Assembly: GCA_964019335.1 (NCBI GenBank)
Contig: OZ025695.1
Span: forward strand, 124,001 to 188,000
From: Diplonema japonicum
Lineage: Eukaryota > Protista > Euglenozoa: Diplonemea
Length of the DNA: 64,000 nt
Reading direction: 5' to 3'
The position numbers and the translations under genes are program-made. Positions 10,615 through 22,257 of this stretch are shown here, in pieces; position 1 is the first letter of the stretch, and each line of letters opens with the position of its first letter. The notes beneath the pieces were generated by a model that saw only the letters and a list, made by a program, of their open reading frames with translations, was not told where the DNA came from and made no database searches.

Positions 10615-13073
10615 TCACTTTTTTTTCCCTGCTGTCTGCTGGGACGTACGTAGAATTTTGTTTTTTTCTTTCTCTTTCTTGAGATCCTTTTGAAGCTTGT
10701 CACGCTCTTCTTTGACTCGGATGAGCTGTGAGAAAAGAAAAAAAGAAAAAAAAAAGTAAAATAATTTCCGCCCCTTCCCATACTTTCTCTTGGTGCTGAT
10801 CAAGCTGCTTCTTTAAATTGTCCATCTTCGTCTCGTTGTCATGCTTCTCAGGCGAGGCACCGGAGGGATGGTTGTTCTTAAGCTTCTGCTGAAACAACGC
10901 GAGAAGCCTCTTCAGTTCAACATTAGACGCTCGTTCTATTTTTTTTTTTTGTTTTTTTTTTCCCAGACAAACACCTTCTTGAAGATCTTTTGCAAGCCTG
11001 GCCTCGGTAGCAGATACACATTTCCTGCTTCTGATTTTAATTTTTTTTTTTTAAAAAAAAAAAAAAAAAAGCATACTCATCAGTTTCGGTATTGGTACTA
11101 CTGCCCTTATTCGTCATTCCTTGTAGCTGTTTGTAAGCGGTCTCAGCGCGTTCCATATATGTGTCTCGTTTGGCCTCAGCTTGGATGAGGTCTTTCACCG
11201 CTGTTCTGTATTTCTTGTCTAATGAGTCGTTTTGCTTTTCCAGTGCCGCTACTTTTTTGAACAGTTTCTCCTCCGGTGTGTCTTCATGTGGTATGTTGCC
11301 TTCCACCATGTGCACAGCCCGTTTGTGGGCGGTGCGGTCGAACGCTTCGAAGAGCTTTACTATTTTCACCAGTTGCAGGTTTCTCGCTTCTAGTTGTTGC
11401 ATTGACTCGTACCCTTTGCCGAGCTGCTGTTTTAGTTTGTCGTGCTTTTCTTTCCATTCTTTTTCGTCAGATGAGCGTTTTGACGCCATCACCTCCCGCC
11501 CCGCCTTTGCTTTCATTGTCGCCAAGTCTGTCTCTGCCCGTTCCCTGTTCTGCTCCAGTACTTTAACATCGTTGGCTTGCATGTCGTAAGCCTTTTGCAA
11601 TGTTTCCATTTTCGTGTTCAGTTGGCCGTTGCTTTCCTTCAACACTTTCGCGATCTGAGTCAAGTTGTTGATTTGCTCCAACAACTGGTCCAGGCCCTCC
11701 TGGTTTATTTGGGGTTCCGCGGGATATTCGTCCTTTTTGCTTTGTTCTTCAATCACCCGATCGACAACCACCTTCTGTTTTTCAATTGTGCTGTCAGGCT
11801 TAACCTCCGCTTTCTTTGGTGGTTCCGCTTCCTTTGGTGGCGATGTCACCTCACGTTCTGAGTCGTAGCTGTGATGGGTACTTTTTTAAAAAAAAAAAAA
11901 GAAAATTACATACCACCACCCTTGTTTCAAGAAGATGTCAGATGGGTTCAGGTATGCTGGCTGCACTGTGGGTTTGACCACCTCTTCGAGGGTTTGGTTT
12001 AATTCCCGTTCTTTCAGTTTTTCTTTTAGATCTTTTTCGGCAATAATGAGAGTGTCGTGGAGGTCGCGTCGTGCTGCTTCTTGATCCTCGGCGATGGTGA
12101 GGCGTTTAAAGTCCTCTTCAGACCCAAGTTCCATCTCGACTTGTAACATGCACTGCTGGAGGAGGATTTCCAGTTCCTGTTTGTCGTTCTGATAGGAGCT
12201 TTTCATGCCACGTCTCCGTTTGTGTTCCTCCTTGTCGATGGTGGAACGCATGGAGGCCTCTTCTTCGATGATGCCAGCAACGCCTTTACGCTTCTTGCTG
12301 AGTTGTTCCTCGACAAGCTTCGCCTCCTGTTGCTGCCGTCTGAGCTGTTCCTTTTCCTCTTTGGTGTTGCAAGGGGACGGATCGTACGTAACGACGGAAA
12401 TGTTGGTTTCATCGAATAATACCTTTCTGTCTTTGCTCAAGACAGAGTCGGTGCGGAGGAGGCCGCCTGGGATGCCTTCGGTATCGACAGGGTCACACAG
12501 AACCTCGACCGGGCACCGGAAATTGTTTGGTACTTTAATGGAAGAAATGGCAGGGGATTTTGGAGATTTCGGTGCTTCCGGTTGTGGTGCGGTCTTTTGA
12601 AGAGACACACACGCCTCGCGAGGGAACCAACACTCTTCTCCTGTCTCGAATCGTATTTGATATACTCCTTCGTCTTCATCGTTGCTTATTACAACACCTT
12701 GCCTTCCGGCATGCCGGCTTTTTTTGCTATTCCATTTTGGGAGGCTCGGGTGTGTTTTGCATATTTGTTGTAGTTGTTTCGGGTCATCCAGAATTGTCAC
12801 CTTTTCTTGTTGCTGTGCCGCGGGTTCGGTTGCCTGTTCTTTCTCGGCGGGTGGTTCTTGGCTCACCGAACCGTGGTGCCGCACCAGTTGCAGGTTGGCC
12901 GGCTTCAAACTCTTCTCTCCGAACGGCTTCGGGAACAGCACGCCGTACCGCTCCGTCATTTTGCAGATTACTTTTCCACACACCCCGTTTATCTGCGGCA
13001 AGGCCTTGATGTTCTTAGCCATCACCTCGTCGTTTACTTGAAACTGCACGCCATTCCATCCTTGCTCGTCCAT
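10615..13073 (-). CDS. Multi-exon coiled-coil protein with N-terminal SH3-like (Mind-bomb-type repeat) region
   Basis: Exons join in frame through GT-AG introns at 11881-11913, 11031-11076, ~10937-10974 and ~10726-10783. Motif VTILDD...HPSLPKW...GRQGVV...WFPREAC. The 3' end is uncertain. Confidence 0.72.
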
Positions 13074-13195
13074 GGAGACTTTTCTTTCCCCCCCTTCTTT
13101 TTTTTTTTTTTTTTTTTTTTTTTTGCCTGCTGAATCTTGATACGCTCCAATACTAAAAAAGAAAAAAAAAACTTTTTAACGCCAGAAATTTCTCC

Positions 13196-13229
<34 letters not shown>

Positions 13230-13258
13230 CTTTAAATCTTTTATCCACGTCCATGTCT

Positions 13259-14455
13259 TCAGTCCTCGTCGACCCAAGAAGGCGTTTCTTTCAACGGAAA
13301 CTTCCAAAGCCCAATATACGAGAACGAAAAGTCGTGGCTCCAGCAAAGCGGCTGTGGTAGAGAGATGGGCGGCTGTTGCAAATTGAGCTTTCTGACACGG
13401 GTGGAAGACGAAGGATCGAGATCGACGTGGGCCTGCCAGTCTGGGTAGGTGGTGGTAAGAAGGTAAACCGGACGGCCCCGATCCTGCGCGTGTTTGTACA
13501 CATGGCGAAGGACCTTCAGGGCGTCCCTGGTGGTGAGGTGCTGCAGCATATGCCTGCTGAACACAACATCAAAATCCTCACCCTCGGGGAGGCCTTCTTT
13601 TACAACATCACGAGCTTCAAACTCCATGTTATCATTGTTCTTGAACTTCTTCTTATGACTCTTGATGAGCCCTGCAACGATGTCCATCCCTTTGTATTCC
13701 ACACTGTTGGTGTTTGCTTCTACAAATTCAGGCATCCACGTCATGTCTCCACAAGGAATGTCTAAAAATCTGATTTTTTTCCGCCGTTCGTTTTTAAGAA
13801 GATGAGGTATGATGTAGTGCAACACGTTCAGCACCCTATCAGTGGCATCGCCCAGCTCCGAGCCTGTACCGGAGGGGTTGTCGCGGGACCATGCTCCTGT
13901 TTTGGCGATTTTGTCGAAGCTTGACTGCCGCTTGTCATCGGTCTCTTCGTGTAAAGAATCGCCTTTTGAGAATCTTCTCGCCCAGCCTGGGAGCTTCTCT
14001 GGTATCACAACAGCGAAGGGCGTCATGTCTATGTGTTGAAAAGAAAGACATTCTGGCGCGGATACATGTTGCAGCTTTGTCGTTAAAACTTCTCTAACCT
14101 GTTCTTCAGTTGCGTCTTGATCTTCGGAGGAGGAAGATGAGGAGGAGTAGGAGGAGGCACGCTGCTGTTTCAGTTTTTTCTTCAATCGTTTTATCTCGGC
14201 TTTCAGCGCGTCTGTCTCGTCTTCTTGTTCTTCGTCGTCGTCGTTCCGTCTGTTTTTCTCTTGTCCTGCGCTTTTGGCGTTTTTCAGGTCCTCAGTCATC
14301 TTCTCTATGTTTCCCTCGCATTCTCGAAGCTCGTTCTTGTAAGAGGCAATGGCTTCGTCGACAGAAAGCCTTGCCTGCATCGCGTACAGCATAGCCCATA
14401 GACACACCGCCACAGCGGCCAACACAGTGATGACAAGGTACCTCGGGGGGTGCAT
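13259..14455 (-). CDS. Type II membrane SAM-dependent methyltransferase
   Basis: N-terminal TM segment, coiled-coil stem, then SGTGSELG, FLDIPCGDMTWM, YKGMDIV, FDVVFSRHMLQHL. Confidence 0.85.
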   Translation of the reverse strand: MHPPRYLVITVLAAVAVCLWAMLYAMQARLSVDEAIASYKNELRECEGNIEKMTEDLKNAKSAGQEKNRRNDDDEEQEDETDALKAEIKRLKKKLKQQRASSYSSSSSSSEDQDATEEQVREVLTTKLQHVSAPECLSFQHIDMTPFAVVIPEKLPGWARRFSKGDSLHEETDDKRQSSFDKIAKTGAWSRDNPSGTGSELGDATDRVLNVLHYIIPHLLKNERRKKIRFLDIPCGDMTWMPEFVEANTNSVEYKGMDIVAGLIKSHKKKFKNNDNMEFEARDVVKEGLPEGEDFDVVFSRHMLQHLTTRDALKVLRHVYKHAQDRGRPVYLLTTTYPDWQAHVDLDPSSSTRVRKLNLQQPPISLPQPLCWSHDFSFSYIGLWKFPLKETPSWVDED

Positions 14456-14567
14456 GGTCGTGTTGCGTGTACTCTGTAAAAAGATGAGAAGAAAAAAATA
14501 CAAGCTCAAAAAAAAAGAAAATACAACAACTACATATCTCCCCCCCCCTTTTTCTTTTTTAAAAATA

Positions 14568-15089
14568 CTAAATATGCTGAAACAGCTTGGTGGTGTCCAC
14601 TTCGCTGTCGTCTCTTGGAGGGTCCCATGTTGTGATGTTTCGCTCAGAGTTGTAATAATACACCTTGTTGCTGTGCTTATCGAGATATGCTGTCCACGGG
14701 GTGACTGGGGGTTTGCATGAAGGACGGTTTGTAGGCTCGCCTGTGAGGTATCGGTGTTGGATAGCAGAGGCGCGGGCCAGGCAGTCTCCGGAGTAGGTCT
14801 GGAGGGTCTCTTTTCGTTCAGCGTGCTGCAGCATCGCGCCGAGCTGTGCCTCGAACATGCTCTGCGTCCTCATGTGGTTCTCCAACAGAACCCGGTTTTT
14901 CTCCTTTGTGGCGTCCCGCCTTGCTTTTAGTTCCTTCACCGCCCGTTGCATTACCTCCACTTCATCCACTTCGCTTTCCACGTTCCCAGGGGTCATACCC
15001 ACACCTATCCGAGGCGACATCACATCACGAGGCGGTTCTTTAATCAACGGCGACTCACCAGCATCCGAGGCAGGGGGTGTAGGGACCAT
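14568..15089 (-). CDS. WW-domain protein
   Basis: PWTAYLDKHSNKVYYYNSERNITTWDPP near the C-terminus. Confidence 0.82.
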   Translation of the reverse strand: MVPTPPASDAGESPLIKEPPRDVMSPRIGVGMTPGNVESEVDEVEVMQRAVKELKARRDATKEKNRVLLENHMRTQSMFEAQLGAMLQHAERKETLQTYSGDCLARASAIQHRYLTGEPTNRPSCKPPVTPWTAYLDKHSNKVYYYNSERNITTWDPPRDDSEVDTTKLFQHI

Positions 15090-15235
15090 GGTACGCCTTC
15101 CCCTCCCCTACCCCCCTTTTTTTTTGTAGTTAACATCTCCGAGTGATGGGGGAAAAAAAGAATTTTTTTTTTTTTGGGAAAAATTTTTTTTTTCTTTTTT
15201 ATATTTACGACAGAATTTTTTTTTTTTTTTTTTTT

Positions 15236-15805
15236 TTAGTAACATAGGGAACCACCCGCCGCCATGCATAATAGTTGCAGCCCTTCTTTGCCCTCTTTAC
15301 GCGTTTTTGATTGTCTCGATCGTTTTGTGGCCACGGAGCGTGTTTCTGGGTCGTCTTGAAGGTCGTTTGATTCAACAAGCTCTTCAAGGGATTTGGCGGC
15401 CCCCTCCGAAAGGAAGGTATTCGTTGTGTTTAAGTAAAGAAGACACACCCCCTCGCACAGCGCCTTCAGGAACGGGAGCGTCGCGTCCGTGACAGGGTTC
15501 CCCGAAATGTCGAGGCTGGTGATACAGGAGTAATCCTCAAGAATCCGGATAATTGGGATCATGTCGTTGTCCTCTAGAAACGACTGTGCCACGCTCACCT
15601 TTTCCACTCTATCCCAGTGTTCGCCAACTGCTTCCAGCGCTATTCTGCACCCTTTTCCCCCGAGCAGGCATTTCCCAAGGTCGAGTTCGCTGGTGCCCAC
15701 CAAATCTTCCTTCAGGATTTTCACCAACCCGGTGTTCGTTTTTACTCCTTCTGCAGAGCACTTTGCTTTGTAACACTCTACAACTGCATTCATATCGTCT
15801 TCCAT
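15236..15805 (-). CDS. Leucine-rich repeat (RNI-like) protein
   Basis: ELDLGKCLLG, ITSLDISGNPVTD, LYLNTTNTFL; start taken at MEDDMNAV. Confidence 0.75.
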   Translation of the reverse strand: MEDDMNAVVECYKAKCSAEGVKTNTGLVKILKEDLVGTSELDLGKCLLGGKGCRIALEAVGEHWDRVEKVSVAQSFLEDNDMIPIIRILEDYSCITSLDISGNPVTDATLPFLKALCEGVCLLYLNTTNTFLSEGAAKSLEELVESNDLQDDPETRSVATKRSRQSKTRKEGKEGLQLLCMAAGGSLCY

Positions 15806-16423
15806 TTGTGTAAATGTGCTGGAAGGAGGTTTTTTTTTCTTTTCTTTTTCTTTTTTTGTTATTCCAAACAGATTTAAGGGTTTGAGGGGTGAACACAAAT
15901 TCTTTCGAGTTACTCTTTTAAAGATAGATGGGGGGAGGGGGGATAACACAAAAATAAGAAATATATAAAAAAAAAAAAGGTCACTATCGGTTCTTTTTTC
16001 TTTTCTTTTTTTTAAACTTCCCCCCTGCTTTAGTTTTCTCTTTTTCGCCATTTTACCTTTTTAACCTCCCCGTTTCAAAAAATAAAAATAAAAATGAAAA
16101 AAAAAAAACAACCTTTTTCTTACATTCTTTCTTTTTTTTCCTTTTTTTTTTTCCCCACCCATTATTAGCCGACGCCCTTTTCATCTTTGCCGAAAAGATA
16201 TCTTCCTTTTTTTCTTTTCTTTTTTTGTTAAGTCTTCCCCCCCCCCCCCCCCCCCCGGCTTTTACCTTTTTTTTCTTTTCTTTTCTTTTTTTTTGGGGGG
16301 GGGAAATACAACTCAAGAAAAACCAAATCACAGCACATGAAAAAAGGGGGCTGAACAGCCCTTAAAAAAAAAAAAAAAAAAAAAAACACACACTTTTTTT
16401 TTTCTCTTCTCCTTCTCCTCCCT

Positions 16424-16769
16424 TTACGCCACCATTGGAGTTTCCGGAGGGCTAGCATCGCTATGAGGCAATTGTTCGCAAGAATGCTCTGCACTGCCAC
16501 TGCTCTCATGTGGCAGCCCAGAGCCCGGTTTTTGGGTGCTTTTTCGTCGGGCTTTTTTAGAGGCAGCTTGTCGAAGCGCCAGTTTCATCTCTTTCTTCCG
16601 CAGTTGTTGCGTCTCGTACTCTGAGAGAACCCAATCGGGTACGTGCCGCCTGAAGTTTTTTTTTTTTAAAAAGAAGTTTTTTTTTTTTCCCCACACCTTT
16701 TCACCAATGTGATATTGGGCACTTCCATCTTATCTGTTTTGTTCGACCACAAGAGTTGCTGGCTGTGTG

Positions 16770-16808
<39 letters not shown>

Positions 16809-17106
16809 CCCATACTAAAACTGCCCAACGGCACCCTCGAAATCGACTACTTGTCTAGCATTGCCCTCCGATACGCTGAAGAAGAAAAAAAAAAAAAAGA
16901 TTATTATTAAATCCCTCCCCCTCCCTTCATACTTCGGGTCGCACGTGTCTAGACCAATGAAATAGTACCCGGTAATGCCGTTCTCCGGCACAGGGCACGG
17001 TTCGACGTGGTCCTCGTCAGGAGGGGTGGGGGTGGATGCGGCATAATACTCCCCATTCGATGGGGAATTCTCGGTGAAGTGGAGACGTTCAGTGGGTAAG
17101 GCTATG

Positions 17107-17141
<35 letters not shown>

Positions 17142-17796
17142 TAAATATAAACCCATACAATTTTTGAACAAGAAAGGCCACAGCCTAATTTCCAATGATG
17201 CCGTCTTTGCTATGTCAGGAAGCTCGGAGTACTGGTACCACGTCTCGAGGCATGTGACAAGATGGCGCAATTTTGACTCCACGAAAGCCGACAGCGACGA
17301 AAAATTTGGCGCGTCCATGGCGACAACCTCAATCTGCAGGAAAATCTTATACTTCAAGAAGAAGTCTGTCGGTGCCCAAAGGTCCCTCCAGTCCACCGCA
17401 GCGCCTTTACCTTCATTGGACGCAATGATACTCTCGCCCCGTTTGAACTCTTGACATAATATCTTCAGATTCGACCTACCCACGTTGTAGCAGCAGTTCA
17501 TGTAAGGCGGCATTGGTGTGATGACCGGCAACAGCTCGAACTGATGGTTCTTTTTATCCCAGGATTTTTTTCCGATGTCGTTGTGAACATCGAGAGACTT
17601 AGTCAGGTAGATGGGCTGGTTCGGGCTGTTCGGGTCCTCCTTTATGGCCTGACGGTAGTGGGTGAAGAAATGGCTGACAACACCACCAGGCGTGGCGCTT
17701 GGGTACAGCTGGCATATGTTGGCCGTCAATATCGCCCAAGCAACCCCTCCAGGGAAGCCGAAGATATTGCCGTATATACCGCGATCTGTTAGAATG

Positions 17797-17842
<46 letters not shown>

Positions 17843-18638
17843 ATACTTTTCGCCCACAACTTAACCCCCCTCAAGGCCAGTCTGAAGGTGTCGACTGACG
17901 GTACACATCGGAGCAGCTTTTCAGCGACACGGGTCCCGTTTATGCTACGCTGCGACGGGTCGTCCAGGTTGCGAAGGGAGCTGTCGTCGCCGATGTTGAA
18001 GGGAGGCGAGGGGGGGATCTGTAATTTTTTTTTTTTTTTTTTTTTTATTTATAAAAATTATTATTCCACAGTACCTTGTCTAGATCGAGAGCCGAGAAGA
18101 CGAGATCGATTTGGATGTCGAAAAAATTCATTTTTATAACAGGCACGTGCGCGTCCCTCACAGGGTTTAATTCCTTGACCAGCGCGTGCTTCAGGAAGAT
18201 GTTGACAAGGGAGTCGAAGAAGTCCTCTCTGTCTACGTCACGGGGGGCAATGCAGAGGGTGTCGATGTCAGAGCCTGGGAAGTGAACACCCAGTTTGTAC
18301 GAGCCGAAGGTGAGAAGCCTGCCTCCGTGGTCGTCTGGGTTTTTGTACCCTTTCGCCCTCAGCAGTTTCGCCATCCATGTTCGTATCAGCTTTTCTAACC
18401 GCACCAACACCTTTGACCGGACCTCGCCTTTCTTCTCGGATTCCACCGTGAACTGGATCTGCTTCAGCAGCACCTCCGACTGGAGCTTTTCCTCCTCCGT
18501 GGGCAAGTCTTTGAATATCACCTCGTGGTGGCCTACCTCTTCGTTCTCGTCCTCTGACATCGGCTCCGGTGCCGCCGCAGGCTCCACCACCGGCGACATG
18601 CGGGGAGGCTCACTTACTCCCGCTGGAAGCTGTTGCAT
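16424..18638 (-). CDS. PAP: Canonical nuclear poly(A) polymerase (7 exons)
   Basis: FGSYKLGVHFPGSDIDTLC, AHVPVIKM, VKLWAK|NRGIYGNIFGFPGGVAWAIL, LPVITPMPPYMN, VESKLRHLV. Six GT-AG introns restore the frame, including 18019-18074, 17102-17158 and 16763-16815. Confidence 0.94.
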
Positions 18639-18963
18639 ATCATATATTTTATTGTTTTTTTTATTGTTTTTTTTTTTTTTTGGTTTTTTTTTTTTTTTTT
18701 TTTTTTTTTTTGGTTTTTTTTGTTTTTACACACAGGTCCAGGTGTTACGCACCTCTTTCCCCCCCTCCCTGAGTTGTGTTTATTTTTTTTCTTCCCTTCC
18801 CTCTATTTCCATGGTAAATAAAACGAACAAAAAAAATACAAATTGAGGGGATAGGAGATTAGAAGTAAAAGAAAGGGGGGGTGATGGGAACGGGGGTTTT
18901 TTTTTTCTATTTGTTATAAGTTGGTCAGTCCAAAAAAAAAAAAAAAACTTGGTAAGCTTAGTT

Positions 18964-20733
18964 CTAAAACGGCTGGGATTCGTCTCCCGAGCATGCTTCA
19001 GTCTCCGAGGGAGGGGGGAGACTTTCGGGGTGAGACTTCTCTGCGGAGCCTCGTTTTCTGACGTACCACACAAAAGCGAAGATAAGAATGCCCGCAAAAA
19101 CGAGGCAGGCGACGACAATAGGGAGAATAGTTGAGATAGGGGGTTCTGCCTGCGAGGGCCAGCACTCCTCCCCGAGAAAGGCAGGCGGGTAAAGTGCGGA
19201 CATCATCTGCGTCCTCGCCACAACAACAACCTGATACGCCTTGCAAGAGTCCCCTGGAATGGACAACGTGGAAGAGGGCACGGTGACCGTCACCTTCTTC
19301 CTCCAAGGGCGCATCGCAGTCGGCTCAACATGTACTAACAAACCTTTCTTCACCAACTCTTTTTCATCAGTGACAACATCCCCCCACCCCTCCACAGCGT
19401 ACACGTCATAAGACACGACCTGCTCGGTACTCCTTGCTGCGAAGAATTTCACAACCACGCTTTCCGTGATGTTCCGTTTAACAACTGTAACGTTCACAGT
19501 CGGTGTCCCGTAAGCACCGACCCCGCCTACTTGGATATCACGAAGATCCCCTCTGCGAATCCACACAGTAGTCTCGAGATCGGGTGTGAGGTGGTGTGTG
19601 CTGTTACCGGTTACCTTGAAACAGTACCTCCCTAATGGGATTTTTCTTGGTTTGTAAACCCCTGTAGGGTGGGACAAGCTTGATGTTATTGGTGCGTCTT
19701 TATATGCCGCTTGCGAGCATGTTTTGGAATCGCCTACAAAATCGGTGTAGACCATCACCTCTACATCCCCTTTCACCGCTGTGAAAAACTGCAAAAATGA
19801 CGTGTTGTCTTTTCCGTACAAAAGATACGAGAACTCCGCAGTGCCTTCGATGAGGTGTGTGGTGGGGGCCTCCCCGAAGTTGATTTTCTGTTCGGTGCCA
19901 TCTAAGATGCGGGCGTGACGTGGGATTCCTTTTGATGTGACTTCTATTGTCTTCCCATGGGGAAGGCACTCGTGGTGCTTGATGGAGCCGGTTGTGTATC
20001 GAACGCAATGGGTTTTTCCCGGAGTGCTCCATGCCATGACGCCCTTGACGTTGTCCTCCATGATGTGGCAGCCTTTTGCAGACTGCAGTTTCAACCTTCC
20101 GGCGGGGACGGTGATGGTGTGTGTGGCGGAGGTTATTTTCCCGTGTTGAAGCGAACCTTGTTCTCCTGCCTCGAAGTGTATCGTTCTCACAAAAGCATCG
20201 ACCCCGACACCTGCTGGCGTGATGGTCAGTGTTCGGTTAGCTATTAAGTCGTGCGACCCTGCGGGGTAAAACCTTGCTTCAAAAGGGGTAAACTTTACAA
20301 TTTCAACATCTGCGCAGCTCCATAGATATCTATCGATGAAGGTACCACGAGTCGCGAGGGTGTAGCCGCCTGGTGTGATGTCGTGGGGGATGCTCATGGT
20401 GATAGTGGTGAGCCCAGCTTGTATATTCCCCTTGAATATCTTCTCTTGGATCGCTCCGTCTTTGTTTAGGAGGATTACCTCGGCGGTGCCTTCTAGGTTT
20501 GTTCCGTATAGTATTTCTGTCGCTTTACCCGCCTCGTACGTGGCTGTGGGGTCGCCTTGTTGCTTGAAGACATCCCGGCCGCACATGTCGTGTGCTGCGC
20601 CTGCGTTTGTGTCAACATGCAGGCCGTGTGCTCCCTTCCTCGGTTCTGGGTGTCGCAACCGGGCGCGAGACTCCGGAATAGCCGATACCACCACCGCCAG
20701 TGATGCTAACAGTAAGGTTAGAAAGGCACACAT
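18964..20733 (-). CDS. Type I single-pass membrane protein of unknown function
   Basis: 589-aa ORF with signal peptide, beta-rich ectodomain and C-terminal TM (ILPIVVACLVFAGILIFAFVWYV) followed by RKR. Confidence 0.85.
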   Translation of the reverse strand: MCAFLTLLLASLAVVVSAIPESRARLRHPEPRKGAHGLHVDTNAGAAHDMCGRDVFKQQGDPTATYEAGKATEILYGTNLEGTAEVILLNKDGAIQEKIFKGNIQAGLTTITMSIPHDITPGGYTLATRGTFIDRYLWSCADVEIVKFTPFEARFYPAGSHDLIANRTLTITPAGVGVDAFVRTIHFEAGEQGSLQHGKITSATHTITVPAGRLKLQSAKGCHIMEDNVKGVMAWSTPGKTHCVRYTTGSIKHHECLPHGKTIEVTSKGIPRHARILDGTEQKINFGEAPTTHLIEGTAEFSYLLYGKDNTSFLQFFTAVKGDVEVMVYTDFVGDSKTCSQAAYKDAPITSSLSHPTGVYKPRKIPLGRYCFKVTGNSTHHLTPDLETTVWIRRGDLRDIQVGGVGAYGTPTVNVTVVKRNITESVVVKFFAARSTEQVVSYDVYAVEGWGDVVTDEKELVKKGLLVHVEPTAMRPWRKKVTVTVPSSTLSIPGDSCKAYQVVVVARTQMMSALYPPAFLGEECWPSQAEPPISTILPIVVACLVFAGILIFAFVWYVRKRGSAEKSHPESLPPPSETEACSGDESQPF

Positions 20734-20804
20734 GGTGCGCGCGTGTAATCTTTCTGGGTTTTGTGGGTAATTCTTTTCCGTTCATAGTAAAAAAGAAGAA
20801 ATGC

Positions 20805-20966
20805 GTTACACTTTTGGGATAAAAAAAAATAATTCTTTACGACTATATGTTGTTGTTCGCACGAGCAAAAAAAAGGTTTTTAAAAAAGCTGCGAAAGTGT
20901 TTTTTTTGCTCGGCACAAGTTGCATATAGTTATAAAATCATTTTTTGAAAGATAAATATTTGTAAC
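20805..20966. repeat. Degenerate inverted repeat (old MITE or foldback)
   Basis: GTTACA...ACTATATG...CGAGCAAAAAAAA mirrored by TTTTTTTTGCTCG...CATATAGT...TGTAAC. Confidence 0.5.
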
Positions 20967-21090
20967 AAAAAAAAAAAAAAAAAAAAACTCGATAAAATTT
21001 CAGTGTGCATGGGGGTGCTCACTGTGAAAAAAAAAAAAAACCACTTTTGTCCGTCGGAGCGGAATGAGGTGTGTTTGTGTGTGTACTAGG

Positions 21091-22257
21091 TCACACCATC
21101 TTCGGATTGGGGTTCGCTTCGCACGTCTCGAAATGCTTCTTGAGCATGGGGATGGTGGCCATCCCCGTTCCACACCATCTGCACGGGATAGGGCCTGTTG
21201 TAGGGTGCCCTGCTGCCTCGGTAGGGGTGAGGGTCACCTTTCCGTGCGCAGTGAGCCGTGCCTCCACCTCATCAGCGGAGATAAAATGAGGAGGACAGAA
21301 CGACATATAATGCTTTCTAGATTTAAGGCAATCCGACTGCATGTCCGTGGTGATGATGTGCAGGTGGAGCGGCTTCAACGAAGGCACGCAATGGTAGCCC
21401 ATTGCGAAGTCGTAGGCACCATAAGGCCCCGTGGATTTGAGGTGGTTGGCAACAGATTTTGCAAGAAAATGTAATTTCCGGATGTGCGGGAGGTGCTCTG
21501 CCCGTAAATCAGCAACGCGTCCTATCTTTTGATCTAACACAAACCCAAGAAGATGAATAGTGCTCTTCGGGAATGCATCATAAGCTATCAACCGGGCACC
21601 GTTGTTGAAGAAAACACGTGGGTCGTCCGCGTCGGGATTATCTTGAACAGATTTGACGATGGTTGTCAAGGCTTGTGAAAAATGAACTTTTGCGGCGATT
21701 TTCGACCCTTGGTTGTCGTACTGAGGGTAGACAGACCCCTCTGGGGCAGGCGGTGTTACTATGACTGTTGGGTACCTCCCTGACCCGCATGTGGTGCAGT
21801 GCTTGCAGTTGTCGTTCAGCTGTGAACAAGTTCGGCATTCCCACGATATGGGGCTATGGGGCATTGAGGAGTTGGACAGTCTAGAGGACGAACCTGTTGA
21901 GGTGATGCTGACCTCGCAGAGAGTTCTTCCCGCGTTTAAGGTTAGTTTGTCGCCGTTTACAACCTCAGCCATTCCTTCGCTTTCTCCTGGTACGACTCTG
22001 AGCTTCTTCGGGTGGAGGAGGTACGATGTGCTGCGGCCTTGCCTACCGCAGCATCCCCTTAGGACGCCTCTGTCACCGTCCCAGTCCAGGATCAGTTGTT
22101 TTCTGGAGACGCGTTTTCGATTCATGTTCATGCCTGACTCGACCTCACTCCTCCCCACGATGTTTCTCCCTTGTTTCAGTTTTATTCTCCTTGACAGGTA
22201 GCCTCCTGAAAGCCCAACCGCAGCGGCTGGTAGGAGGGTGCAATCGAACCGGTGCAT
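21091..22257 (-). CDS. APTX: Aprataxin-like protein: FHA-like + RanBP2-type Zn finger + HIT + C-terminal Zn finger
   Basis: VGRS...VSRKQ (FHA-like); WECRTC...CTTCG; DAFPKSTIHLL; GYHCVPSLKPLHLHII; CRWC...LKKH. Confidence 0.85.
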   Translation of the reverse strand: MHRFDCTLLPAAAVGLSGGYLSRRIKLKQGRNIVGRSEVESGMNMNRKRVSRKQLILDWDGDRGVLRGCCGRQGRSTSYLLHPKKLRVVPGESEGMAEVVNGDKLTLNAGRTLCEVSITSTGSSSRLSNSSMPHSPISWECRTCSQLNDNCKHCTTCGSGRYPTVIVTPPAPEGSVYPQYDNQGSKIAAKVHFSQALTTIVKSVQDNPDADDPRVFFNNGARLIAYDAFPKSTIHLLGFVLDQKIGRVADLRAEHLPHIRKLHFLAKSVANHLKSTGPYGAYDFAMGYHCVPSLKPLHLHIITTDMQSDCLKSRKHYMSFCPPHFISADEVEARLTAHGKVTLTPTEAAGHPTTGPIPCRWCGTGMATIPMLKKHFETCEANPNPKMV

